41,284 nt of DNA from Nitrospinota bacterium (GTDB taxonomy: Bacteria > UBA8248): positions 1 through 41,284 of the forward strand of contig JAYGFR010000057.1 of assembly GCA_046581755.1 (NCBI GenBank), written 5' to 3'. The notes beneath the pieces were generated by a model. It ran no database searches. It worked only from the letters and a program-made list of their open reading frames with translations, and had not been told where the DNA came from. The number at the start of each line of letters is the position of its first letter. The stretch's first letter is position 1. Both the position numbers and the translations under genes were made by a program. This document shows positions 31,502-38,842 of the stretch, one piece after another.

Positions 31502-33256
31502 ATGAGTGCCATCCCCCGCCCCCCGGGCATCGATCCCATCCTCGCCTCCGTTCTCCAGCGGCGCCTCCGCTCCATCACCGAGGAGATGGCGCTCACCCTG
31601 CTCCACACCACCCGATCGCCCATTCTTTCCGAGGGCAGGGACTTCGCCACCGGGGTTTACTGGGCCAACGGCGACATGCTCGAGCAGACCGAATACACCG
31701 CTCTCCTGGGGTTCGCCCTCCAACCATCGCTCAAGGCGTGCATCGAATATTTCAAGGACGATATCCGGCCCGGAGACGTGATTTTTCACAACGACGTTTA
31801 CCTCGGCGGCAACCAGATCAACGACCTGGGCGTGTTCAAGCCCATCTTCTTCGAGGATGAACTTGTCGCCTGGGCCGCCTGTAAGGCCCACCAGGCGGAC
31901 CTGGGCGGGGGCGCCCCGGGTGGATACAACCCCGAGGCAACCGAAATCTGGCACGAGGGGCTGCGCGTCCCGCCGCTCAAAATGTGGGAGGCCGGGAAGC
32001 TGCGGCGCGACGTGTGGGACATGATTTTCGCCAACACCCGCCTCGACATCGTGGCCGAGGACGCCAAGGCCTGCGCGGGCTCCTGCAACGTGGGCGAGCG
32101 GCGGGTTCTCGAAGTGCTTGGCCGCTACGGGCGCGAGGCGTTCGACCGTCACATGGCCTACATCATGGACGGGGCCGAGCGGATCATGCGCGGCGAGATC
32201 GCCGCCATGCCGGACGGCGTCTACCGGGGCGAGTCGTTCCTGGCCAACGACGGATTTCAGGAGGGCGTCCGCCACAAGGTGGTGTGCACCCTCACCGTCG
32301 ATGGCGATGCGATCGCGTTCGACTACACCGGCTCGGCGGGCCCCACGCCGGGCTACGCGAACGCCCCCCTCCACGCCTCGACGAGCGGCCTGATGATCGC
32401 CATCTTGATGAACGTCGATCCCGAGATTCCGCACAACGCCGGCATGCTCCGGCCCATCGAAATGATCTTTCCCGAAAACTCGATGCTCAACGCCGAGTTT
32501 CCCCACGCCACCAGCTACGGCAACCACCTCACCCACCAGATTTGGGAGGCCGCCGTGAAGGCGCTCGCCCAGGCCATTCCCCACCGGGTGACGGCGGGAT
32601 GGAACAAGGTCTACTGGGGCATGTCCAGCGGCTACGACAGACGCAGCGGCCGCCGCTTCGTGGATTTTTGCCTCTTCGCGATGAAGGGGGGCTCGGGCGC
32701 GACCGAGGGCCTCGACGGGCTGGATCACATCGGCACCGTCATGACCGGAGGGGCGATGACGGCCCAGGACCCCGAGATGCACGAAATCCAGACCCCTCAC
32801 CGGATCCGCCATTTCGAATACGAGATCGACTCGGCCGGGCCGGGGCGCTGGCGCGGCGGGCTCGGGATTCGCTCGGAATGGCAGCTCCTCGGCCGCGATG
32901 CGAAGATCATCATGTTCGGCCAGCAGACCGAGCCCGGCGAGGAGCCTTTCGGTCTGTTCGGGGGACGGGCCGCCGGTCTCAACACCGCTAAACTCACCTA
33001 CCCCGGCGGGCGCGAGTACATCTCAAAGGGTCACGAAATTATCCCGGACGCCGAGGGCGTCGTCATCGAGCAGGTGGCCTCGGGCGGCGGCGGGTACGGC
33101 GACCCGAGGCTCCGGCCCGCCGAGATCGTGCGAGAGGAGGTGCGCGATGAGATCGTCTCCGCCGAATCGGCGCGGCGCGACTATGGGGTGGCGCTCGATC
33201 CGGAAACCCTCGAGATCGACGAGGCCGAAACCGCCCGCCTGCGGAAGGGAGTTTGA
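31502..33256 (+). CDS. hyuB: Hydantoinase B / oxoprolinase family subunit
   Basis: EEM...L..T.RS, GDVIFHNDVYLGG, HQADLGG..PG, EGLRVPP, DSAGPGRWRGG, SGGGGYGDP. Confidence 0.92.
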   Translation: MSAIPRPPGIDPILASVLQRRLRSITEEMALTLLHTTRSPILSEGRDFATGVYWANGDMLEQTEYTALLGFALQPSLKACIEYFKDDIRPGDVIFHNDVYLGGNQINDLGVFKPIFFEDELVAWAACKAHQADLGGGAPGGYNPEATEIWHEGLRVPPLKMWEAGKLRRDVWDMIFANTRLDIVAEDAKACAGSCNVGERRVLEVLGRYGREAFDRHMAYIMDGAERIMRGEIAAMPDGVYRGESFLANDGFQEGVRHKVVCTLTVDGDAIAFDYTGSAGPTPGYANAPLHASTSGLMIAILMNVDPEIPHNAGMLRPIEMIFPENSMLNAEFPHATSYGNHLTHQIWEAAVKALAQAIPHRVTAGWNKVYWGMSSGYDRRSGRRFVDFCLFAMKGGSGATEGLDGLDHIGTVMTGGAMTAQDPEMHEIQTPHRIRHFEYEIDSAGPGRWRGGLGIRSEWQLLGRDAKIIMFGQQTEPGEEPFGLFGGRAAGLNTAKLTYPGGREYISKGHEIIPDAEGVVIEQVASGGGGYGDPRLRPAEIVREEVRDEIVSAESARRDYGVALDPETLEIDEAETARLRKGV

Positions 33257-33301
33257 TGCCGTCCGGTGATTTTTTCGATTCCGGGTGGAATCAAGATGGA
33301 T

Positions 33302-33736
33302 TCAGGAAAAATCGGAAGGTCCGCCGTACAGGCGGTGCTCGACCATGATTCAGAGGTCCATGACGACCGCGAGACCGACCTCCCGCGCCCGGCGAGCGGC
33401 GGCCTCGTCGATGACCCCTTTTTGAAGCCATACCGCCCGCGCCCCCGCGGCGAGGGCCTCATCCACCACCCCGCCGACACGGTCCGAACGCCGGAATACG
33501 TTCACCACCTCGGGAGGCTCCGGCAGGGCGGCGAGACGCGGATAACACGTTTCGCCCAAGAGCGATTCATGGCCGGGGTTGACGGGAACGATCTCGTAGC
33601 CCGCCTTCTTCATGTAGGCGCTCACATAGTGGCTGGGCCGATGCTCCTTGGGGGATAGGCCGACCACCGCAATCCGGCGGAAATCCCGGAGCATCGCGCG
33701 GATCGTCTCCGGGTCCTTGAAGGAGGAATCATTCAC
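33302..33736 (-). CDS. CoA-binding protein (YccU-like), predicted selenoprotein (U129)
   Basis: IAVVGLS.KEHRPS, Y.IVPVNP, VVNVFRRS, AVWLQ.G. In-frame TGA at 33352-33350 reads GLAVVMDL-U-IMVEHRLYGG, matching the family C-terminus 'VVMDRC..EH'. GTG start overlaps the upstream TGA and the next stop is at 33302. Confidence 0.85.
33318..33344 (-). promoter_or_regulatory. Putative bacterial SECIS element for the TGA at 33352-33350
   Basis: mRNA UGA AUCAU GGU CGAGCA CCGCC UGUAC GGCGG ACC. It has a 5-bp GC upper stem, a loop starting 20 nt after UGA with G-U at loop positions 2-3, and a lower GGU/ACC pairing. Confidence 0.65.
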
Positions 33737-34557
33737 CGCTTCACCGCCGCCGGCCGGTCCCGCTCTTCCCACTCCTTCAGATGTCCCCGGAGCGATTCCG
33801 GATCGCCGGCGCCCTCGAGAAAGCGGGACAGGGCGTCTTCGTCGGTATCGTAAAGGGGGAAACACGAGGCCGGAGCCGCCCCTCCGGGCGCGTGAACCAC
33901 CGCACGCACCAGGAAGGCCGGAATGTTCGTCCGCTCGGGTTTTTCCTCGAAAAAATCCGTCTCCACGATGCGCTCGGCGGTGAGGATGACGCCCTCGGCG
34001 GCGCGCGACATGAGAACGTCCTCGAACGTGCCGCCGTCGATTCGCGCGTTGCCCCCGGCGTCGGCGTGCTGCACGTGGAGGAGGGCCCAGTCCGGCCGGA
34101 TGCGCGGGATCATGTAAACCTTCTTTCCGGTATACGGGTCCTCCGCCTTCCGGAACCCCGTCAGCGCGGGCGTGTCGCTTCCCTCCATCCCGGCCACCGG
34201 CTGGCTTGGCAAGCCGTAGGCCGAGGCGCGAAGACCCGCGATCACGGTGTAGCAGACATGCTCGACGGCCCGGACGGTTCCGCCCTCGACGCCCCGGCGG
34301 TAGGAGGGCGCCATGCCGAACAGGTTCTCGTAGCCGACGTAGCCCGATCGGACCTCGGCCGCCGCCCCCGCCGCGCAGAGCAGATCGATGTCATAGGCCC
34401 CCGCCGTCTTGACGAGGCAAAGGCCGCGCCTCCCCTGCCGCGCAAGCTCCCGCACGAGGGCGGACGGGGTGCGGCTCAGCGAGTTGCCGCCAAGCGCGAT
34501 CAGCTGGCCATCCTCGATCAGGGCGGCCGCCTCTTGAAGGGAATGAAGTTTACTCAC
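33733..34557 (-). CDS. Family I CoA-transferase-like alpha subunit (GctA/IpdA-like), Cys102 form
   Basis: KLHSLQEAAALIEDG, R.P.AL.REL, DLLCAAG, EHVC, GLRA.AYG.P, DPYTG, PDWA.LHV..AD..GN, HAPGGA.P.SC. 274 aa from GTG 34557, which overlaps the beta stop. Confidence 0.88.
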   Translation of the reverse strand: MSKLHSLQEAAALIEDGQLIALGGNSLSRTPSALVRELARQGRRGLCLVKTAGAYDIDLLCAAGAAAEVRSGYVGYENLFGMAPSYRRGVEGGTVRAVEHVCYTVIAGLRASAYGLPSQPVAGMEGSDTPALTGFRKAEDPYTGKKVYMIPRIRPDWALLHVQHADAGGNARIDGGTFEDVLMSRAAEGVILTAERIVETDFFEEKPERTNIPAFLVRAVVHAPGGAAPASCFPLYDTDEDALSRFLEGAGDPESLRGHLKEWEERDRPAAVKR

Positions 34558-35336
34558 GAAATCTCCTGCCGCTTCACCCGGCGAAGCTCGGGGAATTCGG
34601 AATAGCGGACGCCCTCGGGGTCCACCTCGGCGAGAGCGGCCAGCTCTTCCCCGGTGGGAGGAGGCGTCTCGGGAACACCCCCCGCCCAATCGAGCGGAAA
34701 CCCTGTCCGCCCGGCCACCTCCTCCGCCGTGGCGCCGGGGTGGACGCTCTCCAGTTCGAGGCCGCCCGCGCCCATGGCGAGAACCGCCAGCGGGGTGATC
34801 ACCCGCGTCAGGTTTCCCGTCTGGGTCACGAAATCCACCTTCGGGACGAACGTCCGCCGGTCGTACACCGTGCGCCAGATCACGGTGCGCCGCGCCTGCT
34901 CCATGACGACCGAACCCCCGCCCCCGCCGGGGAGCCGCACCTTGGGGGAGGAAGGTTCTCCGATGTAGCTCATGTTCACGCGTCCCGCCCGGTCGATCTG
35001 GGCGCAGCCCAGAAACATGAGATCCATTCCGCCCCGCGCGAAGAGATCGTAGGCGTCCGCGTTCGAGAATATCGCCGCCGCCCCCTGGCAGAGCACCGGG
35101 TCGTTCGTGCTAAAGGGCAGGCGCTCCGGCTTGGGGTCCACCGAGCCCGCGACCTCGATGAGGACCGCGCGCGGGGCATGGAGTTTTTTCGCCAGGAAAA
35201 TGGCCACCATCGGGAGCGGCGAATTCACGCCGTGAAAAACCCGCTCGCCGTCGCGCACCTCGCGGGCCAGGCAAACGGCCATCTGGTCCGCTGCCGCGCG
35301 GGCGGCATCGGCATCGAATGTTGTTTCTTGCCCCAA
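34554..35336 (-). CDS. Family I CoA-transferase-like beta subunit (GctB-like)
   Basis: AREVRDGE.VF.G, P.VA..LAK..HAP, DLMFLGCAQID..G.VN, VRLPGGGG, FVPKVDFVT, VITPLAV, SVHPG, TGF. Confidence 0.88.
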   Translation of the reverse strand: MGQETTFDADAARAAADQMAVCLAREVRDGERVFHGVNSPLPMVAIFLAKKLHAPRAVLIEVAGSVDPKPERLPFSTNDPVLCQGAAAIFSNADAYDLFARGGMDLMFLGCAQIDRAGRVNMSYIGEPSSPKVRLPGGGGGSVVMEQARRTVIWRTVYDRRTFVPKVDFVTQTGNLTRVITPLAVLAMGAGGLELESVHPGATAEEVAGRTGFPLDWAGGVPETPPPTGEELAALAEVDPEGVRYSEFPELRRVKRQEIS

Positions 35337-35341
35337 TTTCC

Positions 35342-36166
35342 CTAGCTCCCCGCCGCATCCGGGGCGGAAGCCCGGTCCGCCGAATCGAGATACTCGGCAA
35401 GGCCCTCGGCGGTCCGGGACAGTTCCATGTAGCGGCGAATCCCGGCCTCGTCCACCCCATAGGCGGGGTGGCAGCTACAGGGTCCCGCCCCGCCCGGCGC
35501 GTGGGCGACGGCGGCCACCATGAACCCCGGCACCGCCGTCAGCTCCGGCTCCTCGGCCATGCGCCCTGGAGGGACGATCTCCTCGGCGGTGACGATGACC
35601 CCCTTCGCCGCCCGCGTCATCTCCACGTCGAAATAGCGCGGACCGTAAATCCTCGCGTTCCCCTCGGCGTCGGCTTCATGGACGTGGAGGATCGCCCAGT
35701 CGGGCCGGAGGGCGGGGATGGCGTGCAACCTCTCGCCGGTGTAGGGATCGTCGATGGTCAGGATGCCGCTTCGCTCCGGTATGTCGCTTCCCTTAAAACC
35801 CCGGATGGGCTGAAAGGGAACGCCGTAGGCTGCGGCCCGCAGCCCCGCGAGGATGCTCGCTCAGGCGTGTTCGGTCAGCCCGGCGAGCCCATTTTCGATG
35901 GATTTCCTGTAGTTGGGCGCGAGGCCGTAGCTGGCCTCGAAGGTGACGATGCCGCTCAGAACGCGGCCCAGCGCGCCCGCCGCGCAAAGCAGGTCCGCAT
36001 CGTAGCCCGGCGACGGCTTGATGAGGGTGAGCCCCTTCCTTCCGGCCCGGACGAGCTCGCGCAAAAGAGCCGATGGCGCCCGGTGGAGCAGGCTCCCGCT
36101 CGTGCTGATCGAATCGCCGTCCTTTACCAGCGCCGCGGCCTCGGCCAGCGTGCAAAGTTTGGTCAT
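35342..36166 (-). CDS. Family I CoA-transferase-like alpha subunit, predicted selenoprotein (U102)
   Basis: ORF-track pieces 35861..36166 and 35342..35728 are one frame, broken only by TGA at 35863-35861. Read-through gives 274 aa (…TEHA-U-ASILAGLRAAAYGVPFQPIRGFKGSD…DPYTG…PDWAILHV), collinear without gaps with the Cys102 paralog. Confidence 0.88.
35827..35860 (-). promoter_or_regulatory. Putative bacterial SECIS element for the TGA at 35863-35861
   Basis: mRNA UGA GCGAG-CAUC-CUCGC G GGGCUGC-GGGCC-GCAGCCU. The second hairpin has a G-led loop starting 23 nt after UGA. The equivalent codons of the Cys paralog do not form it. Confidence 0.65.
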
Positions 36167-36311
36167 GATCGAACCCTCGCGGAAAATCTTCCCCGCCGCA
36201 TGGTAGGGGAATCAAAGGAAAATGTCAGGGGGACGCCCACACTACACACGCCCCCGGCGGCGGCATTATTCGAACAAGGGGCGCGGGCGGCCCGCAAACG
36301 GGGCCGGGCCG

Positions 36312-36677
36312 TTAATCCAGAAGGACATCCTCCTCGTCCATCAGCATCAGGTAGGGCTCGCCATATTGCTTCGGATCGTCCAGGCCCCACCCCTCGCCCG
36401 AATCCGCCAGCCTGAGGCGGACCCCCCAATCGCCCCCGAATATCAGGTGCACCTCGACGGCCCCCGAATCGGAGACCGGGACATACTTGGCCGGACAGGG
36501 CGACCCGCCATCCGCGCTGCTCCAGCCGGTCACCTCGTAGATGCCTTCCACCTTTCCCATCTCGGAGATTTTGACCCGCCGGATCGGCACGGGCCTCCGG
36601 CGGGCCTCGTATACCATCATCGGCATGTAGGCGCAGTTTTCGTTTTCCTCCACTTCGAGATAGATGGATTCGGTCAT
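36312..36677 (-). CDS. Hypothetical protein (121 aa, acidic, beta-rich)
   Basis: MTESIYLEVEENENCAYMPMMVYE…GWSS…DSG…GGDWGVRL…GEPYL. ATG lies 2 nt after the Rid stop and the composition is protein-like. Confidence 0.75.
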   Translation of the reverse strand: MTESIYLEVEENENCAYMPMMVYEARRRPVPIRRVKISEMGKVEGIYEVTGWSSADGGSPCPAKYVPVSDSGAVEVHLIFGGDWGVRLRLADSGEGWGLDDPKQYGEPYLMLMDEEDVLLD

Positions 36678-36679
36678 GA

Positions 36680-37105
36680 TCAATCGATCACAGCGACGGC
36701 GTTGATTTCGATCAGGCAGCGCGGGTCGGTGGCGAGCTGGACCACCTGGACGGAGGTCGTTGCCGGTTTGTTCTCCCCGAAAAATTCCGCCCAGACCCGG
36801 TTGAGATCGTCCTGGTCGGTCAGGTCGGTCTGATACCGCGAGACCGCGACCACGTCGGCGAAGGTGGCGCCGACGGCCTCGAGACCCTTTTTCAGATTCT
36901 CGAGCGCGGCGCGCGCCTGCCCCTCCATGTTCTCCGGCATGGCGTCGAACTCCTCGGGGCGGTGGGGGTGGTGATGGTAGACCGGAGCCGCCGTCACGCC
37001 CGCGAAGTAGACCGTCGTCCCGCCCGTCACCTTGATCGCCGGGGCATAGGGCATCCACAGGTCCGGGGCGTCCGGCCAGTGAACGTGTTCGATATTTTTC
37101 GTCAT
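36680..37105 (-). CDS. Rid (YjgF/YER057c/UK114) family protein
   Basis: PYAPAIKV, VYFAG, EGQARAALENL...L...GATFADVV, PATTSVQV..L, LIEINAVAV. ATG 37105 with a GGAGG RBS. Confidence 0.9.
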   Translation of the reverse strand: MTKNIEHVHWPDAPDLWMPYAPAIKVTGGTTVYFAGVTAAPVYHHHPHRPEEFDAMPENMEGQARAALENLKKGLEAVGATFADVVAVSRYQTDLTDQDDLNRVWAEFFGENKPATTSVQVVQLATDPRCLIEINAVAVID

Positions 37106-37184
37106 TTCGGGATTCCTCCGCCACTCGTTAAAAAAATTCGATGAGGTGCACTTCCATTCTACCCGAATAAGGCCCGGCCCTCCC

Positions 37185-37213
37185 GTGCCTCGGCCCGGCC
37201 GAAATGGTATGAT
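37185..37213 (+). promoter_or_regulatory. Putative sigma70 promoter of the SDR cluster
   Basis: GTGCCT-17 nt-TATGAT with an extended -10 TG, resembling the liv promoter candidate. Confidence 0.45.
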
Positions 37214-37256
37214 CCGGCATTCGCTGAATTCCGGTTCATACCAACCGAAGGGATAA

Positions 37257-38024
37257 ATGATGGCGGAAAAAACGCTTGAAGGGAAAAGGGCCGTGGTCAC
37301 GGGCGGCTCGTCGGGAATCGGCGCTGCCATCGCCGTGCGATTCGCCTCGGCGGGGGCGGACATTTGGGTGGCGGGTGGAAGCAGCCGGGAGGGGCTTCAA
37401 AAGTCAATCGACGCCTGCGCCGCGCACGGGGTCAAGGCAGGAGGGGATCTGTACGACCTCTCGACCGGGAGGAACGCCGCCGGCCTTGTGAAGGAGGGCG
37501 CGGAATTTCTCGGCGGCCTCGATATCCTCGTCAATTCGGCGGGCACACGGAACCTGAGCGCGTTCGTGGATATCGAAGACGACGCCATCGATCTCCTGTT
37601 CGAGGTGAACGCCAAGGCGGCGTTTTACGCCTCGCGCGAGGCCGCGCGCATCATGGTCCCCCAGGGGAGCGGAAATATTCTCATGATCGGCTCGGACGCC
37701 GGCGATCAGGGCACGCCCAACTTCTCCCTCTACGGGGTGACCAAGGCGGCCATGCACGCGCTGACCAAGAACCTGGCCATCGAACTGGGACCCTCGGGGC
37801 TGCGCGTCAACTGCATGGCGATGGGGCCCACCCGAAGCGGCCGGGTGAAGGAGCTTTTGGACAACGACCCGGAATTCTACAAGAGCCGGATCAACAAGGT
37901 GCCCATCCGGGATTTCGGCGATCCCGAGGACATCGCCGAGACCGCTCTCTTTATCGTTTCGCCCGCGAACAAATTCATGAGCGGAGCCATCGTCATGATC
38001 GACGGCGGTATCACCGCAGGTTGA
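37257..38024 (+). CDS. Short-chain dehydrogenase/reductase (paralog 1)
   Basis: TGGSSGIG, LVNSAG, GS, YGVTK, DGG. Confidence 0.92.
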   Translation: MMAEKTLEGKRAVVTGGSSGIGAAIAVRFASAGADIWVAGGSSREGLQKSIDACAAHGVKAGGDLYDLSTGRNAAGLVKEGAEFLGGLDILVNSAGTRNLSAFVDIEDDAIDLLFEVNAKAAFYASREAARIMVPQGSGNILMIGSDAGDQGTPNFSLYGVTKAAMHALTKNLAIELGPSGLRVNCMAMGPTRSGRVKELLDNDPEFYKSRINKVPIRDFGDPEDIAETALFIVSPANKFMSGAIVMIDGGITAG

Positions 38025-38042
38025 TTTGCGCAAAAACATCCC

Positions 38043-38807
38043 ATGACGGCTAAAATCCTGACGGGAAAACGCGCCGTCGTCACCGGCGCCTCCTCGGGCA
38101 TGGGGGCGGCCATCGCCCGCCGCTTCGCCGCCGAGGGGGCGGACATTTGGGCCGTGGGCGGAGGCGATGCCGAAGGGCTCAACAAGACCGTCGAGGGCTG
38201 CGCCAAAAGCGGCGTCCGGTCGGGCGGAGCGGGATACGACTTCTCCCGGCCCCGGACGGCGGGAGAGGCCATCCGCGAGGGGGCGGAATTCCTGGGCGGC
38301 CTGGACATCTTGGTAAACTGCGCCAGCGGGCGGAACTTCAAGGCCCTGACCGACCTTTCGGACGCCGATATCGACTTCATGTTCGATCTGAACGCGAAGT
38401 CGTATTTTTTCGCCTCCCGGGAGGCCGCCCGCATCATGGTCCCCCAGGAAAGCGGGCACATCATCATGATGGGCTCGGTCTCGGGCGAGCGGGCCCGGCC
38501 GATGCGCTCGCTATACTGCGCGACGAAGGCGGCGGTCCATTCCCTCACCCGATCCATGGCGCTCGAACTGGGCCCCCTGGGCCTGCGCGTCAACTGCGTC
38601 GCCCCCGGCCTGATCGATAGCGGCCGGGTGAAGAAGATGATGGAGGACGATCCGGACCTTTCCAGGAAGCGGATCGCGGGCATTCCGCTCAGCCGCCTGG
38701 GCGATCCTGGCCAGATCGCCGCCATGGTTCTTTTCATGGTCTCTCCCGAGAACGACTTCATGAACGGCGCCATCGTCCCCGTGGATGGGGGCTCGATGGC
38801 GGGCTAA
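38043..38807 (+). CDS. Short-chain dehydrogenase/reductase (paralog 2)
   Basis: TGASSGMG, LVNCAS, YCATK, VNCVAPG, VDGG. Confidence 0.92.
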   Translation: MTAKILTGKRAVVTGASSGMGAAIARRFAAEGADIWAVGGGDAEGLNKTVEGCAKSGVRSGGAGYDFSRPRTAGEAIREGAEFLGGLDILVNCASGRNFKALTDLSDADIDFMFDLNAKSYFFASREAARIMVPQESGHIIMMGSVSGERARPMRSLYCATKAAVHSLTRSMALELGPLGLRVNCVAPGLIDSGRVKKMMEDDPDLSRKRIAGIPLSRLGDPGQIAAMVLFMVSPENDFMNGAIVPVDGGSMAG

Positions 38808-38842
38808 TTTTCATTTATTTTCATACCGAAAGACGGGAACGC

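Noticed and set aside
33270..33304. Second Sec at the terminal TGA (33304-33302) of the CoA-binding protein
   Set aside because: The family domain is already complete. The following hairpin (GAUUCC-ACCC-GGAAUC) has no G in the loop and more likely acts as a terminator between convergent genes.
33302..36166. Genome-wide TGA reassignment (Trp or Gly, genetic code 4 or 25) as the explanation for the in-frame TGAs
   Set aside because: TGA is the normal stop for many genes here (efp, livG, livM, aroQ, pilM, hyuA, several in ATGA/GTGA overlaps). Trp is encoded by TGG, and both in-frame TGAs map to Cys positions.
35342..36166. Pseudogene, or two separate small genes as given by the ORF track (35861..36166 and 35342..35728)
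   Set aside because: There is no frameshift or other stop, the read-through length equals the paralog's exactly, the intervening 44 codons are conserved, and a SECIS-like hairpin is present. A pseudogene is not formally excluded without reads and sel genes.
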